Sequence record: PZ445532.1
Strand: one strand, 5' to 3'
From: a phage
Length of the DNA stretch: 44,581 bases
Below the pieces are notes generated by a model. That model was not told the origin of the DNA. It saw only the letters and a program-made list of their open reading frames with translations, and made no database searches. The first letter of the stretch is position 1. Each line of letters begins with the position of its first letter. Shown piece by piece: positions 17,226 to 26,680 of this stretch. A program made the position numbers and the translations under genes.

Positions 17226-20200
17226 CGATTATCTACGACGTCACAGGGCATAAAGGCGGCGGCGGCAAACAGCACACCCCACAGGAGACGCCAGACAGCC
17301 TGCATTCGCTGGCTAAAATCCGCATCTTGCTTGCGCTGGGGGAAGGGGAATTCGAAAGTATTACCAGCGCCAGCGAATTGCGGCAGCGTGTTTACTTGGA
17401 TGGAACGCCGATCCAGAACGCTGACCTGTCCGAAAACTTCCCTGGCGCGCGTGTGGAGTTCCGCCCCGGCACACAGCACCAGGATGTGATCCACGGATTT
17501 TCAGCGGTGGAAAGTGAGCAATCTGTCGGCGTAAAACTGGAAAACGGCACGCCGTGGGTGCGCCAGATTAACGACACCAGTTTGGACGCCGTGCGCATCC
17601 GAGTCGGCATACCAGCCCTGTACACTAACGAAGATAATGGCGACCTGGTGGGCGGGCGCATCGACTATAAAATCGTTGTGTATACGGATAATGCCGACCC
17701 GCGTGAGTTCAGATTCGCCGCCGTTGGTAAAACAATGTCGCTGTATGAGCGCGACCACCGCATCGAATTACCGCCGAACGTGAATACCGGCTGGCGAGTG
17801 GAGGTGCACCGCATAACGGCGGACTCCACATCGGCGAAAGTGGTTAATGATATCCGGGTGCAGTCCATCACTGAGATTATTGACGCCCGTCTGCGTTACC
17901 CGCTAACCGCGCTGTTGTTTGTGGAGTTCGACGCCAAAGCGTTCCAGAACATCCCGCGCGTGTCCATCAAGTGCAAAGGCCGCAAAGTTCTAATACCGAA
18001 CAACTACGACCCGATTAACCATACCTATTCCGGGGACTGGGACGGCACGTTTAAACGCGCATGGACGGATAACCCTGCGTGGCACTGGTACGATATTTGT
18101 ATTACTGAGCGCTTCGGCCTCGGTCGGCGTATCAAACCGCAAATGTTGAACCGGTACGCGCTCTACCAGATTGCGCAGCGCTGTGATCAGTTGGTCAGCG
18201 ACGGCAACGGTGGGCAAGAAATCCGCTTTAAGAATGATATGTACATCCAGTCGCAGACAGACGCCTGGACCGTGCTTAAGGATTTAGCCGCCATCTTCGC
18301 CGGAATGACCTGGTGGGGCAACCAGATGTTGAATATCGTCAGTGACCAACCGGTCGCAGCGGTGTCCCACACTATCACCAACGCATCGGTTATTGATGGG
18401 CGCTTCGACTACGCGTCCGGTAGCCAGAAAACTCGATACTCCACGTTCGCGGTAGCATACGGCAACCCGAAGAACCACTATGAAGATGCCATCGCAACGG
18501 GGCAACGTGTCGAACTGGTACGCCGCCATAAGATTAACCGTCTTGATATTACGGCGATCGGCTGTACGCGTGAATCTGAAGCGCAACGCCGCGGGCACTG
18601 GGCGTTAATTTCCAACCAGCTTGACCAGCAAGTTAGCTTTAAAGTTGGCATGGAAGGGTTATTCTTTATTCCTGGTAGCGTAGTCGCGATCGCAGATACT
18701 AATATTTCTGGCGGATTCGAGACTCGTGGCGGTCGACTGTTGTCAGACCCCGGAACGCGTACCGTGCTGAACACGGACAGCGAAATCACGTTCCGCCCTG
18801 GCGATAAGTTCCTGGTGCGCACCGATAGCGGTAATGTGGAGACTCGCGAGATCGCCAGCGTCAACGGCAACAAGGTTACGCTAAAAACTGCACTGGATGC
18901 CGACCCGATTCCAGACCAGCCGTTTTGCGTTGATGGCAACGATATCCAGTTGCAGAAGTTCCGCATAACCGACCTGGAATATGACGACTCTACCAGCACT
19001 TTTTCGGTGCGCGGGATTGAATACAACGATAGCAAATATGATGCCGTTGATAATGGCGCGCGCCTTGACCCAGGCATCTTTACGCAAGTGCCTGACGGCG
19101 TAATGAAGGGGCCGGAATCCGTGACCATAACCCCGTCGCAGATTTCATCGCAAGGCCAGCTAATCACCAACGTGGATATTGTTTTCCCGCCGGTGAAGGA
19201 CGCCGTGGTGTATGAAATACAGTGGCGGCGCACCAGCTTACAGAATATGGAAATCCAGTGGGGTAACGACTGGGTGAATATCCCACGCACGGCGTCGAAT
19301 GGGGCGCACATCCCCAACGTGTTCTCCGGTAACTATCAGGCACGCGTCCGCGCAATCGGTATGGGTGAAATCTCGTCCCCGTGGGTGTCATCCGCAATCA
19401 CGCCGGTGGAAGGTCGCCTCGGTGGGCTTAACGCACCAATCATCACCAACGCGATTTCGGGCCTACACCAAATTTTGTGGAAGTGGAACCACAACAACGC
19501 CGCTACTGATATCTCTTACACCGAGCTTGAAGTGCGCAAGACTGGTGAGACTGAATGGAAATTCCTTACCAACGTTCCATATCCGGGCGCGGAGTACGCG
19601 CAAACGTCGCTTGAGTTCGGCATCTACCAGCAGTTGCGCGCCCGTGTAGCAGATAAAATCGGCAACCTGTCGGACTGGTCGGCCCCGTTTGAAGGGCAGG
19701 TAAGTGACAACGTTGACGAGTACATGAAGGGGCTTGATAACGAGTTCTTGACTTCCGAGGATGGTAAACACTTCCAGGAAGCTATTAACACGATCCCGCA
19801 AGGCATTTATGAGTCAATGCTCACCGACGCCCAGCAGCTATTCAACGCCCGCGCCGAGTACAAAGGGATTTATGCGGAAATCAAGGTGGCGTATAACGTG
19901 GCGGCAGACGCCAACAAGGCGGTAGCACAACTGGAAACGTTGATCGGCACGCGCCTTGATGACGCTGAAGCATCAATCCACACGTTGCAGACTGCGCAAA
20001 GCACACATGAAAAAGCGTTCGCCCAGTACCAGCAGACTGTTGCCGCTAAGTTTTCGGAACAGGAAGCCGCCATCCAGCAGGTACAAACGGCAACGGCGGA
20101 CGTGGCTGGCGCACTGGCGGAGTACAAGACCCAGGTCGCGGCGCAGTTCGGTCAGCAGTCCGCCGCGATCGAGCAGAAGATGACGTCTTCGTTTAACCAT

Positions 20201-20641
20201 GCGGGTGGCAGCGCCACGTACAGTCTTAAGGCTGGCGTGACGTATAACGGGACTTACTATGACGCCGGTATGCAGCTTTCCGTCGTGACGTCGGGCAACG
20301 CGGTTAAATCCCGCATCGCATTCAAGGCGGATCAGTTCTACATTATGCACCCATCTAATGGGTCGCTTTCTTCCGCTTTTATCGTGGATGGCGGGCAGGT
20401 GTATATTGACACGGCACGCATCAAGGACGCGTCAATCAACTTTGCACAGATCACGGACACGCTGCAATCGAATAACTACGACGGCAGTACGCGTGGTTGG
20501 CGCTTAGGGAAAGACGGAACGTTTATCAACCTGGGGACTGGAAGCGGTGGTGGTACAAAGCAGACCAACACCAACTACAGCGTTAAAGACGAGAACGGTG
20601 TTTTACGCGTGCAAATTGGCGAGCTTACTGGTCGCTGGTAG
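17222..20641 (+). CDS. central tail fiber / host specificity protein (lambda gpJ-like)
   Basis: 1139-aa ORF, similar in size to lambda J (about 1130 aa). Follows the I-like gene and is followed by a terminator. Confidence 0.85.
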   Translation: MTIIYDVTGHKGGGGKQHTPQETPDSLHSLAKIRILLALGEGEFESITSASELRQRVYLDGTPIQNADLSENFPGARVEFRPGTQHQDVIHGFSAVESEQSVGVKLENGTPWVRQINDTSLDAVRIRVGIPALYTNEDNGDLVGGRIDYKIVVYTDNADPREFRFAAVGKTMSLYERDHRIELPPNVNTGWRVEVHRITADSTSAKVVNDIRVQSITEIIDARLRYPLTALLFVEFDAKAFQNIPRVSIKCKGRKVLIPNNYDPINHTYSGDWDGTFKRAWTDNPAWHWYDICITERFGLGRRIKPQMLNRYALYQIAQRCDQLVSDGNGGQEIRFKNDMYIQSQTDAWTVLKDLAAIFAGMTWWGNQMLNIVSDQPVAAVSHTITNASVIDGRFDYASGSQKTRYSTFAVAYGNPKNHYEDAIATGQRVELVRRHKINRLDITAIGCTRESEAQRRGHWALISNQLDQQVSFKVGMEGLFFIPGSVVAIADTNISGGFETRGGRLLSDPGTRTVLNTDSEITFRPGDKFLVRTDSGNVETREIASVNGNKVTLKTALDADPIPDQPFCVDGNDIQLQKFRITDLEYDDSTSTFSVRGIEYNDSKYDAVDNGARLDPGIFTQVPDGVMKGPESVTITPSQISSQGQLITNVDIVFPPVKDAVVYEIQWRRTSLQNMEIQWGNDWVNIPRTASNGAHIPNVFSGNYQARVRAIGMGEISSPWVSSAITPVEGRLGGLNAPIITNAISGLHQILWKWNHNNAATDISYTELEVRKTGETEWKFLTNVPYPGAEYAQTSLEFGIYQQLRARVADKIGNLSDWSAPFEGQVSDNVDEYMKGLDNEFLTSEDGKHFQEAINTIPQGIYESMLTDAQQLFNARAEYKGIYAEIKVAYNVAADANKAVAQLETLIGTRLDDAEASIHTLQTAQSTHEKAFAQYQQTVAAKFSEQEAAIQQVQTATADVAGALAEYKTQVAAQFGQQSAAIEQKMTSSFNHAGGSATYSLKAGVTYNGTYYDAGMQLSVVTSGNAVKSRIAFKADQFYIMHPSNGSLSSAFIVDGGQVYIDTARIKDASINFAQITDTLQSNNYDGSTRGWRLGKDGTFINLGTGSGGGTKQTNTNYSVKDENGVLRVQIGELTGRW

Positions 20642-20644
20642 TAT

Positions 20645-20664
20645 GGGGGCTTCGGCCCCTTTTT
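20645..20664 (+). terminator. rho-independent terminator
   Basis: GGGGGC-TTCG-GCCCC followed by TTTTT. Confidence 0.8.
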
Positions 20665-20677
20665 AACGAGGTTATTT

Positions 20678-20980
20678 ATGGCATTCGGTATCGCAACGTG
20701 GGACGCGCAAGGACGCCCAAACAACTACGGCATTAAACCGGTAAGCGTGATCGGAAGGATTCATCTTGCGGAAGGACAAAAATCAGGCGCATGGTCATTC
20801 CCTGTACCGGCGGGGATGAAGGTCGGATACGTGGTCGCACTGGATAAAGGCGCGGTCGGGCCAGGACGCAGAATAACCGCCAGCGGGAACACTATCACGG
20901 TTTCCGCGGCAAGTGAGGTTGGGGGCGGGGTTTACTCCGCATCTGAATGTGACGTTATTGTTTTTGTGGAGCGAGCATAA
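20678..20980 (+). CDS. hypothetical protein
   Basis: 100-aa ORF after the J-like gene. Confidence 0.5.
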   Translation: MAFGIATWDAQGRPNNYGIKPVSVIGRIHLAEGQKSGAWSFPVPAGMKVGYVVALDKGAVGPGRRITASGNTITVSAASEVGGGVYSASECDVIVFVERA

Positions 20981-21654
20981 TGGCTAATTACGGCGCGTTG
21001 ATTGACTTACCAAACGGCAACCCGTTTATCACGCCAGAATCGACGCCGTTTTGTCTATTCCGCCGTGTGGTTGTTGGGTCTTCGGCTAACGGCACTGCGC
21101 AGTCGGCGGCTGCCGATATTAATTTGGGCGGTGACTACCCTGCAATAGCGTTTGTGAAAACTACGCACACCGCCCAGCCGACCGTCGTAGGGTCTTCTCG
21201 CGTTGGTAATGTGGTGAAGGTGAGCGCCAGCAATCCATTCGGGCAAGGCTTCACGATGACGGCTTACATCTTTGCCATATTCCCACAGACCCTTCCGCGG
21301 TGGGGCTTCGCTATTTGGGATAAGACGGGGAAGCTAGTGCTTACTAATGAGAGTCGCGTACTAAGCGATTTAGTTACCGTCGGATCGCCAGGCGCTAACG
21401 GGGGGATTAACATTGACCAGACGCTAAATGGCAGCTACGCCGTCGCTCCTGGCATATTGGGGTCTACGCTGATCAGGTTTTTTGTGCAGGGCCAGCCGCA
21501 AGTAATATCGGTAACGGCGTACACGGGGGCCAGATTCGATGGGTCGCGAACGCGTATATCGGCAGCGTCGTCGGGGAACGCCACGGGGGATGTGGTGGGG
21601 TATACTAACAACGGCAACGCGATTATGGCGATTAACACTGCCAATTATGATTGA
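20980..21654 (+). CDS. hypothetical protein (tail-associated by position)
   Basis: 224-aa ORF. Its ATG overlaps the upstream stop. Confidence 0.5.
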   Translation: MANYGALIDLPNGNPFITPESTPFCLFRRVVVGSSANGTAQSAAADINLGGDYPAIAFVKTTHTAQPTVVGSSRVGNVVKVSASNPFGQGFTMTAYIFAIFPQTLPRWGFAIWDKTGKLVLTNESRVLSDLVTVGSPGANGGINIDQTLNGSYAVAPGILGSTLIRFFVQGQPQVISVTAYTGARFDGSRTRISAASSGNATGDVVGYTNNGNAIMAINTANYD

Positions 21655-21680
21655 AGAAAGCCCCTTTCGGGGCTTATTTA
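21655..21680. terminator. hairpin shared by convergent genes (weak terminator)
   Basis: AAGCCCC-TTTC-GGGGCTT. Modest T-tracts on both sides. Confidence 0.45.
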
Positions 21681-21892
21681 CAGGTTGTGCTTTTGAAGTG
21701 GTCAACCGACACATACTGGAAGTTGAAGGGGTATCCCGCCCGTAACATTTTATGACCGCTAACGTCTGCAACCCCAAACACAGGGACGGAATACTCCATA
21801 CCACTATTCATGTATGTTGCGTCGCAGATTTTAGACGGCATGTCGGCACAACCCGCCAACAGAACCGCACAAATCATAATTAAAGTTTTCAT
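21674..21892 (-). CDS. small lipoprotein, candidate superinfection-exclusion protein (Cor/Llp-like)
   Basis: 72 aa from MKTLIMICAVLLAGCADMP (RBS AGGAG). Lipobox LLAGC. Antisense between tail genes. Confidence 0.6.
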   Translation of the reverse strand: MKTLIMICAVLLAGCADMPSKICDATYMNSGMEYSVPVFGVADVSGHKMLRAGYPFNFQYVSVDHFKSTTCK

Positions 21893-21973
21893 GGTATCAT
21901 CTCCTATATTTGGTTGGGTTTTAGTATTGCACCGCTCAACCAAGAATGCAACCAATTTTATGAGGATTCAGCT

Positions 21974-23734
21974 ATGGCAGCGGGTACACTATCCGTAACG
22001 AATAACAGCAAGGCGGTTGTCGGGGTAGGCACGACGTTTACCGCATTTAAAGCTGGCGACTTCTTAACGCTGGTGGTGGGGCAAGTCCCTTACACTGTTG
22101 CTATCGCGTCCGTCGAAAGCGACACCGCGCTTACGCTGGTGCTGCCGTTCGACGGCCCCACGGCAACCGGCCTTGCCTGGGATGGCGTTGCGCGCGATAC
22201 CATGTCGCTGGCAACGATGGGCGTAACAGTCCAGGCCCAAAAAGCATTGCGCTTGCTGATTGCAGATGAAAACAACTGGCGTGCAATCTTCGGCGACGCT
22301 GAAGAAATCACAGTGACTTTACCTAACGGGCAAGTTATGCAGGGTATGTCTTGGGGATACCTGTCGTCTTTGCTGAAGGAAGTCGACCCCGTTGAGATGC
22401 GCAACCTGCAACAACAAGCCGCCGCATCTGAAGACGCCGCGCAAGGATTTCGCAATGAGGCCGAAGGATTCAAGAATGAGACGGCTGGTATTCGCGACGC
22501 CACCAATCAGATTAAGGCGGATACGCAGGCGATCCACGACGCCACCGATGCGATCAAGACGCAAACCAACCAGATTAAGACTGATACGCAGGCTATAAAA
22601 GACCAGACCAACCAGATTAAGACGGATACTGGCGCTATTCGAGATCAGGCCAATACGGCGAAGACGGAAGCGCAAGCTGCCCGTGACGCCGCGCAGGGGT
22701 ATCGGAACGAGGCCGAACAATTTAAGAATGAGATTGACCCGTCGAAATTTCTGGCTAAGTCCAGCAACCTTAGCGACGTTGCTGACCCGGCGGCAGCGCG
22801 CGGGCACTTAGGCATCGGGACGACGGACACCCTTAACGTGGGCGGTCTGGTAACGTCCGGCGGTATCTCCGCGGGTCGTAACTCATGGGATGGATCTAAC
22901 TGGGGCAGTAAGAGTATTCTCGCCTCATTCGCTATCATATCCCCCGACGGAATCTCAACCCCTGGCTTATACGTGCGTAAATCCAATGGCGAGGCCGGTT
23001 ATGCCTCTGACTGGTTGTATTTTGAAAGCACGAATGCATGGGCCACTAAATCCAGTATTATTGGCGATCAGTTCCGATCCACTAAAGGCGCGATGGGATA
23101 TAACCAACTATGGTCGGAGGCTGTTGTACGAGCGGACCCATACACCGCGCAGGCCTACGCGGAAAACTTTCAGTCGTTAATCGCCGGTGCGTGTAAAACA
23201 CAAGGCATAGGCTACGAGGGCGGTGTTTCGTTTGGGATGATGACCACCGGTAACGACAACTGGCCCTGGGCACAGATCTCGATCGGCACAGCGGACCGTG
23301 ACTACGCGGGGAATATGGCTTCGTATATGCACTTCCGCTTTGACGACCAGGGGCGGATTTCTTACAGCGGGCCTGCGGGTGTTGGGTCGTTCCAGAAAGT
23401 ACCTGCGTCGGATCGCAACCTGAAACATGATATTGAAGATGACTCCAGCAGCACCGCCTACGACAATATCAAGGCTTTGCGGTTCCGTACGTTCGTATTC
23501 AACAACGATGAACAGGAACGGCAGCGTCGCGGTATTATTGCGCAGGAAGCGGAAGAAATAGACCCGCTGTACGTGAAGCATCGCGTGTATAACAACCAGG
23601 AATTAAATGGGCCACTAGTGCACCAGTTAGAACTAGACCCGACGCCGCTGTTACTTGATACTATGCGCGCATTGCAAGATACGATTAAGCAGGTGGAGGC
23701 GTTGAAAGCCGAGATCGCGGCGCTGAAGCAATAA
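21974..23734 (+). CDS. side tail fiber with C-terminal intramolecular chaperone (peptidase S74-like) domain
   Basis: 586 aa from MAAGTLSV (RBS TGAGGA). Repeats of the type IRDATNQIKADTQAIHDATDAIKTQTNQIKTDTQAIKDQTNQIKTDT. C-terminal SDRNLKHDI block resembles the self-cleaving chaperone domain of T5 pb1 / endosialidases. Confidence 0.8.
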   Translation: MAAGTLSVTNNSKAVVGVGTTFTAFKAGDFLTLVVGQVPYTVAIASVESDTALTLVLPFDGPTATGLAWDGVARDTMSLATMGVTVQAQKALRLLIADENNWRAIFGDAEEITVTLPNGQVMQGMSWGYLSSLLKEVDPVEMRNLQQQAAASEDAAQGFRNEAEGFKNETAGIRDATNQIKADTQAIHDATDAIKTQTNQIKTDTQAIKDQTNQIKTDTGAIRDQANTAKTEAQAARDAAQGYRNEAEQFKNEIDPSKFLAKSSNLSDVADPAAARGHLGIGTTDTLNVGGLVTSGGISAGRNSWDGSNWGSKSILASFAIISPDGISTPGLYVRKSNGEAGYASDWLYFESTNAWATKSSIIGDQFRSTKGAMGYNQLWSEAVVRADPYTAQAYAENFQSLIAGACKTQGIGYEGGVSFGMMTTGNDNWPWAQISIGTADRDYAGNMASYMHFRFDDQGRISYSGPAGVGSFQKVPASDRNLKHDIEDDSSSTAYDNIKALRFRTFVFNNDEQERQRRGIIAQEAEEIDPLYVKHRVYNNQELNGPLVHQLELDPTPLLLDTMRALQDTIKQVEALKAEIAALKQ

Positions 23735-23740
23735 GGCTAA

Positions 23741-23761
23741 GGGGCCATACGGCCCCTTTTT
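23741..23761. terminator. rho-independent terminator between convergent genes
   Basis: GGGGCC-ATAC-GGCCCC followed by TTTTT. Confidence 0.8.
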
Positions 23762-24335
23762 AGTTTGAGTTTTCCCAGTCCATTTTGCGCCGCACCAGCG
23801 GGCTTTCGTAATATTCCTTCCCATCCACCTCCACTAAGGGCCAGTCATTAACGATGACGTAAGGCTCTGCGATATCCTCGATCACGCCGTGCGCGCTATG
23901 TTGTCCGAAATCTACGCCCACCAGGATAACCCCGGCAACGCGACGAGTGAGATACTCGCGAGCGCAACGTGCCTCGACCAGTCCTCGACGTATGCCGCTA
24001 GTGGCTTTAACCTCGTAGGTCCATACGGCATCGATCACATGCTCGCGGAAGTCGGGGCCGGATTTAGCCTTACGCTTTCCAACCATGATAATATCGCCGC
24101 GGTCGATAGTGTTAGCGCTAAACAGGCCGGTACGCATTAGCAAACCTTGCGGGATGCAACTACGCCCGCCTGCCTGCCCTTCGAGGTACATTCCTGCAAA
24201 CATTTCGCCCAGCACACCGACAAGGCGACTTTGCTTGCAAGCGTCGGACTTATACCTCCACTGGTCAAACTCGATGCTTGCGATCATTGCCGCAAGGTGG
24301 AATTGTTTACCGGTTATTTCATATTCGCCGTACAT
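23760..24335 (-). CDS. hypothetical protein (possible PD-(D/E)xK-like motif)
   Basis: 191-aa ORF, RBS GAGGGA. GDIIMVG ... TYEVKAT could be a D...ExK nuclease motif. Weak. Confidence 0.5.
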   Translation of the reverse strand: MYGEYEITGKQFHLAAMIASIEFDQWRYKSDACKQSRLVGVLGEMFAGMYLEGQAGGRSCIPQGLLMRTGLFSANTIDRGDIIMVGKRKAKSGPDFREHVIDAVWTYEVKATSGIRRGLVEARCAREYLTRRVAGVILVGVDFGQHSAHGVIEDIAEPYVIVNDWPLVEVDGKEYYESPLVRRKMDWENSN

Positions 24336-24377
24336 TGTGGGTCCCTCATTGCTGCGGGCCGAAGCCCGCGATTAGAA

Positions 24378-24932
24378 TTATTTAAGTGCGCCAGTCACCA
24401 GTGTTTTTTCCATGTTGCGGAAATCTTCCTGCGTCATGCAGATTTTCGATCCGTCTTCGCCGGTGAGCACGACCGTAGGCTGGAATTCTTGGCCTGCAAT
24501 GCCGAACTTAGCGGCTTTAACCATCTTGCCGAACGAGGCCACCGTATCTTCTGCAACGCGAATTGCGCTGTTATACGCATTAATCTCGCCGTCAAGACGC
24601 ACGGACAGATCTTTTAGGCTTTCAAACTGTTCTGCCGTTGTATCGATCTGAATCTCGTCATGCACGGTCATGTAAGACTCGCCCAGCAGGGCGGCATACG
24701 CTACCAGGTCAACGATGTTATCTTCCTGGTGCTTACGGTGCTGGCGCACCAGCTTCAGGCAGATCAGGAAGGTCCAGGCTTCTTGCTCGGACAGGTCGCG
24801 CCCGGTAAGCGCGTTAAACACGGCGGCGATCTGTTTAGCGCTGCGTTCTTCTTTCGCGTTGTCATAGCCGTTTTCTTTCCCGCGCTGTTCCATAGTGGTA
24901 GCGGCGTTTTTGCAGTATTCGTATGCTTTCAT
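24378..24932 (-). CDS. hypothetical protein
   Basis: 184-aa ORF. N-terminal block RGKENGY...IAAVFNALTGRDL...LKLVRQHR looks like a conserved phage domain of unknown function. Confidence 0.55.
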   Translation of the reverse strand: MKAYEYCKNAATTMEQRGKENGYDNAKEERSAKQIAAVFNALTGRDLSEQEAWTFLICLKLVRQHRKHQEDNIVDLVAYAALLGESYMTVHDEIQIDTTAEQFESLKDLSVRLDGEINAYNSAIRVAEDTVASFGKMVKAAKFGIAGQEFQPTVVLTGEDGSKICMTQEDFRNMEKTLVTGALK

Positions 24933-24996
24933 GATGTTTTCCTTTTTAGTGGGAGGCGGTATTGCCTCCCGATGTGGTTAAGATACTGCAACCAAC

Positions 24997-25467
24997 CTAT
25001 TGGTTGCAAGTGAATTTTGCAACGTTTATTGCGTAAATTTTCGGGACTAAATCGCCGCACGCCCGACGAATTGCCGCGATGTTCTTCGGACAGTCTTCAA
25101 TGATGACCAGTTCCGATACGTCCGCATAGCAGACCATTTTGAACACAGCGCACGCCTTAAACTCTGGCGGCGGGGTATCGTCCAGCATGTGGCGCATAAA
25201 CAACCGGCCTGTAGGGAATACTTCCAGTTGTTCGGCGGTGGTGTCCCAACATTCTCGCTGCCGGTTGGTCAGATACGCGATCTCGAAGCCTTGCTCTTTG
25301 TACATGGTCAGCAGCAGCAGCATATCCATGTTAAGGTCTTCGCGGACGTGCGCCTTGTGCCACTTCGCCCAGAAGGTGGATTTAGTTTTTATACCCGGCA
25401 CCAGGTCGGCACGCGCATCGCTTGAACCGTTAATAACTCCATCCAAATCGCAAATCAGTAATTTCAT
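24997..25467 (-). CDS. HAD-superfamily hydrolase (putative phosphatase/nucleotidase)
   Basis: N-terminal LICDLDGVI matches HAD motif I (DxDG). Confidence 0.55.
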   Translation of the reverse strand: MKLLICDLDGVINGSSDARADLVPGIKTKSTFWAKWHKAHVREDLNMDMLLLLTMYKEQGFEIAYLTNRQRECWDTTAEQLEVFPTGRLFMRHMLDDTPPPEFKACAVFKMVCYADVSELVIIEDCPKNIAAIRRACGDLVPKIYAINVAKFTCNQ

Positions 25468-25688
25468 TTTAGGCTCTCAATAAGGGTGGCTCGGGCGCTA
25501 CGCGCGGTGTAAGAGTTGCACACGAAATGACAACGTCGGGTCATGACAAGCCAACCGGTGAGGTCAAGGCCCAGGATGTATTCGGGGCGAGACGCGCGCA
25601 CCACACGATCGCGGCGTGGGTCGATGTTATAGTCTTTTTGCATTTGGTCTACGACCGCGTGGTTGCGGTCAACGATTAAGATATTCAC
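25464..25688 (-). CDS. hypothetical protein
   Basis: 74-aa ORF with overlapping start and stop relative to its neighbours. Confidence 0.45.
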   Translation of the reverse strand: MNILIVDRNHAVVDQMQKDYNIDPRRDRVVRASRPEYILGLDLTGWLVMTRRCHFVCNSYTARSARATLIESLK

Positions 25689-26154
25689 GTAGTTCTCCTT
25701 CGCTCATTATTTCAATTTGTGCGCTGCCGATGGGCGGCGCTTCGTCAAATATTATTAATTGCTGGCACTTGTTATTGCTCGGCCCGACTTCGCCGGTGAC
25801 GGCGTGAATGAATCTAATCCGCCAGTCCAGAAGAATTATCAGGTTTGCAGTCTTCCGGGCCAGCCTCGCCCACTTCGTCGACGTATCCTGATTCAGTAGC
25901 ATGACAGTCCGGCGTCCGTGCGCTGCGCACTCGACCCACGGCAGCGGATCGGAATACGGCGGGTTGCACCACTTCCACCCTTTCAACTCTGACCAGTCCA
26001 CCTCAAGCGCGCTGTGCTCTGCCGTGAAGTAACGCGGTAGCAGATGGTTGGCGTCGCTCGCCGCCATGTCGTAACGGAATCGGTACTTCCGACGAAGCGG
26101 TTTAAATAAAGCTGGCGGCGTGCACCAGCTATCCTTTTGCTCACTCTTCTGCAT
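25669..26154 (-). CDS. DNA N6-adenine methyltransferase (phage Dam family)
   Basis: WCTPP near the N-terminus and the catalytic NPPY motif (KWCNPPYSD). Confidence 0.8.
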   Translation of the reverse strand: MQKSEQKDSWCTPPALFKPLRRKYRFRYDMAASDANHLLPRYFTAEHSALEVDWSELKGWKWCNPPYSDPLPWVECAAHGRRTVMLLNQDTSTKWARLARKTANLIILLDWRIRFIHAVTGEVGPSNNKCQQLIIFDEAPPIGSAQIEIMSEGELREYLNR

Positions 26155-26599
26155 GATCTGGGTCTATCGCGTACAGGGCAATCTTTTTATTACTGTTTAG
26201 AACGCGTTGCACGCGCTTTGATTCCTCGGTGCCAAGCGGTCGGCAGTCGGAGTAGTAAGACCCGTTTGCACGCCACGCTATACGCACCAGTCCTTCCCGC
26301 GGGATCGAAGACTGGCGGCCTTTGGGGCGCACGTACTCCTCGGCGCGTTTACAATGTTCACGCAGACCTTCGGCAGTGATGCGGTTTAGTGCAACGCTGG
26401 TGGTGTATCCGGTGCGCTGCATAATCCCCATCAACTCGAAAAGCAGTTCGAAGCGTTCCTCTAACTCCATGCGACGCTTTTCTTCCGTTTCATAGCTTGA
26501 CAGGTAGGTATCTGCCAGCGCGTTCGCACGTTCGGCCTTTTCACGGGCTTCGAGGCATTGCGCGGCCCAGTATGCTTTTTCTTCTTGTAAAATTTTCAT
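26141..26599 (-). CDS. hypothetical protein
   Basis: 152-aa ORF, RBS GGAGA. Charged, coiled-coil-like N-terminus. Confidence 0.5.
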   Translation of the reverse strand: MKILQEEKAYWAAQCLEAREKAERANALADTYLSSYETEEKRRMELEERFELLFELMGIMQRTGYTTSVALNRITAEGLREHCKRAEEYVRPKGRQSSIPREGLVRIAWRANGSYYSDCRPLGTEESKRVQRVLNSNKKIALYAIDPDHAEE

Positions 26600-26680
26600 C
26601 GTGTCGTCTCCAGGTATTAAAAAGGGCGTCCAAACCGGACACCCTCAATATAATGCGACCAAGCCTATTATGCAACCAAA

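Noticed and set aside
18478-19317. 279-aa minus-strand ORF
   Set aside because: Antisense to the J-like gene, which has strong size and positional support.
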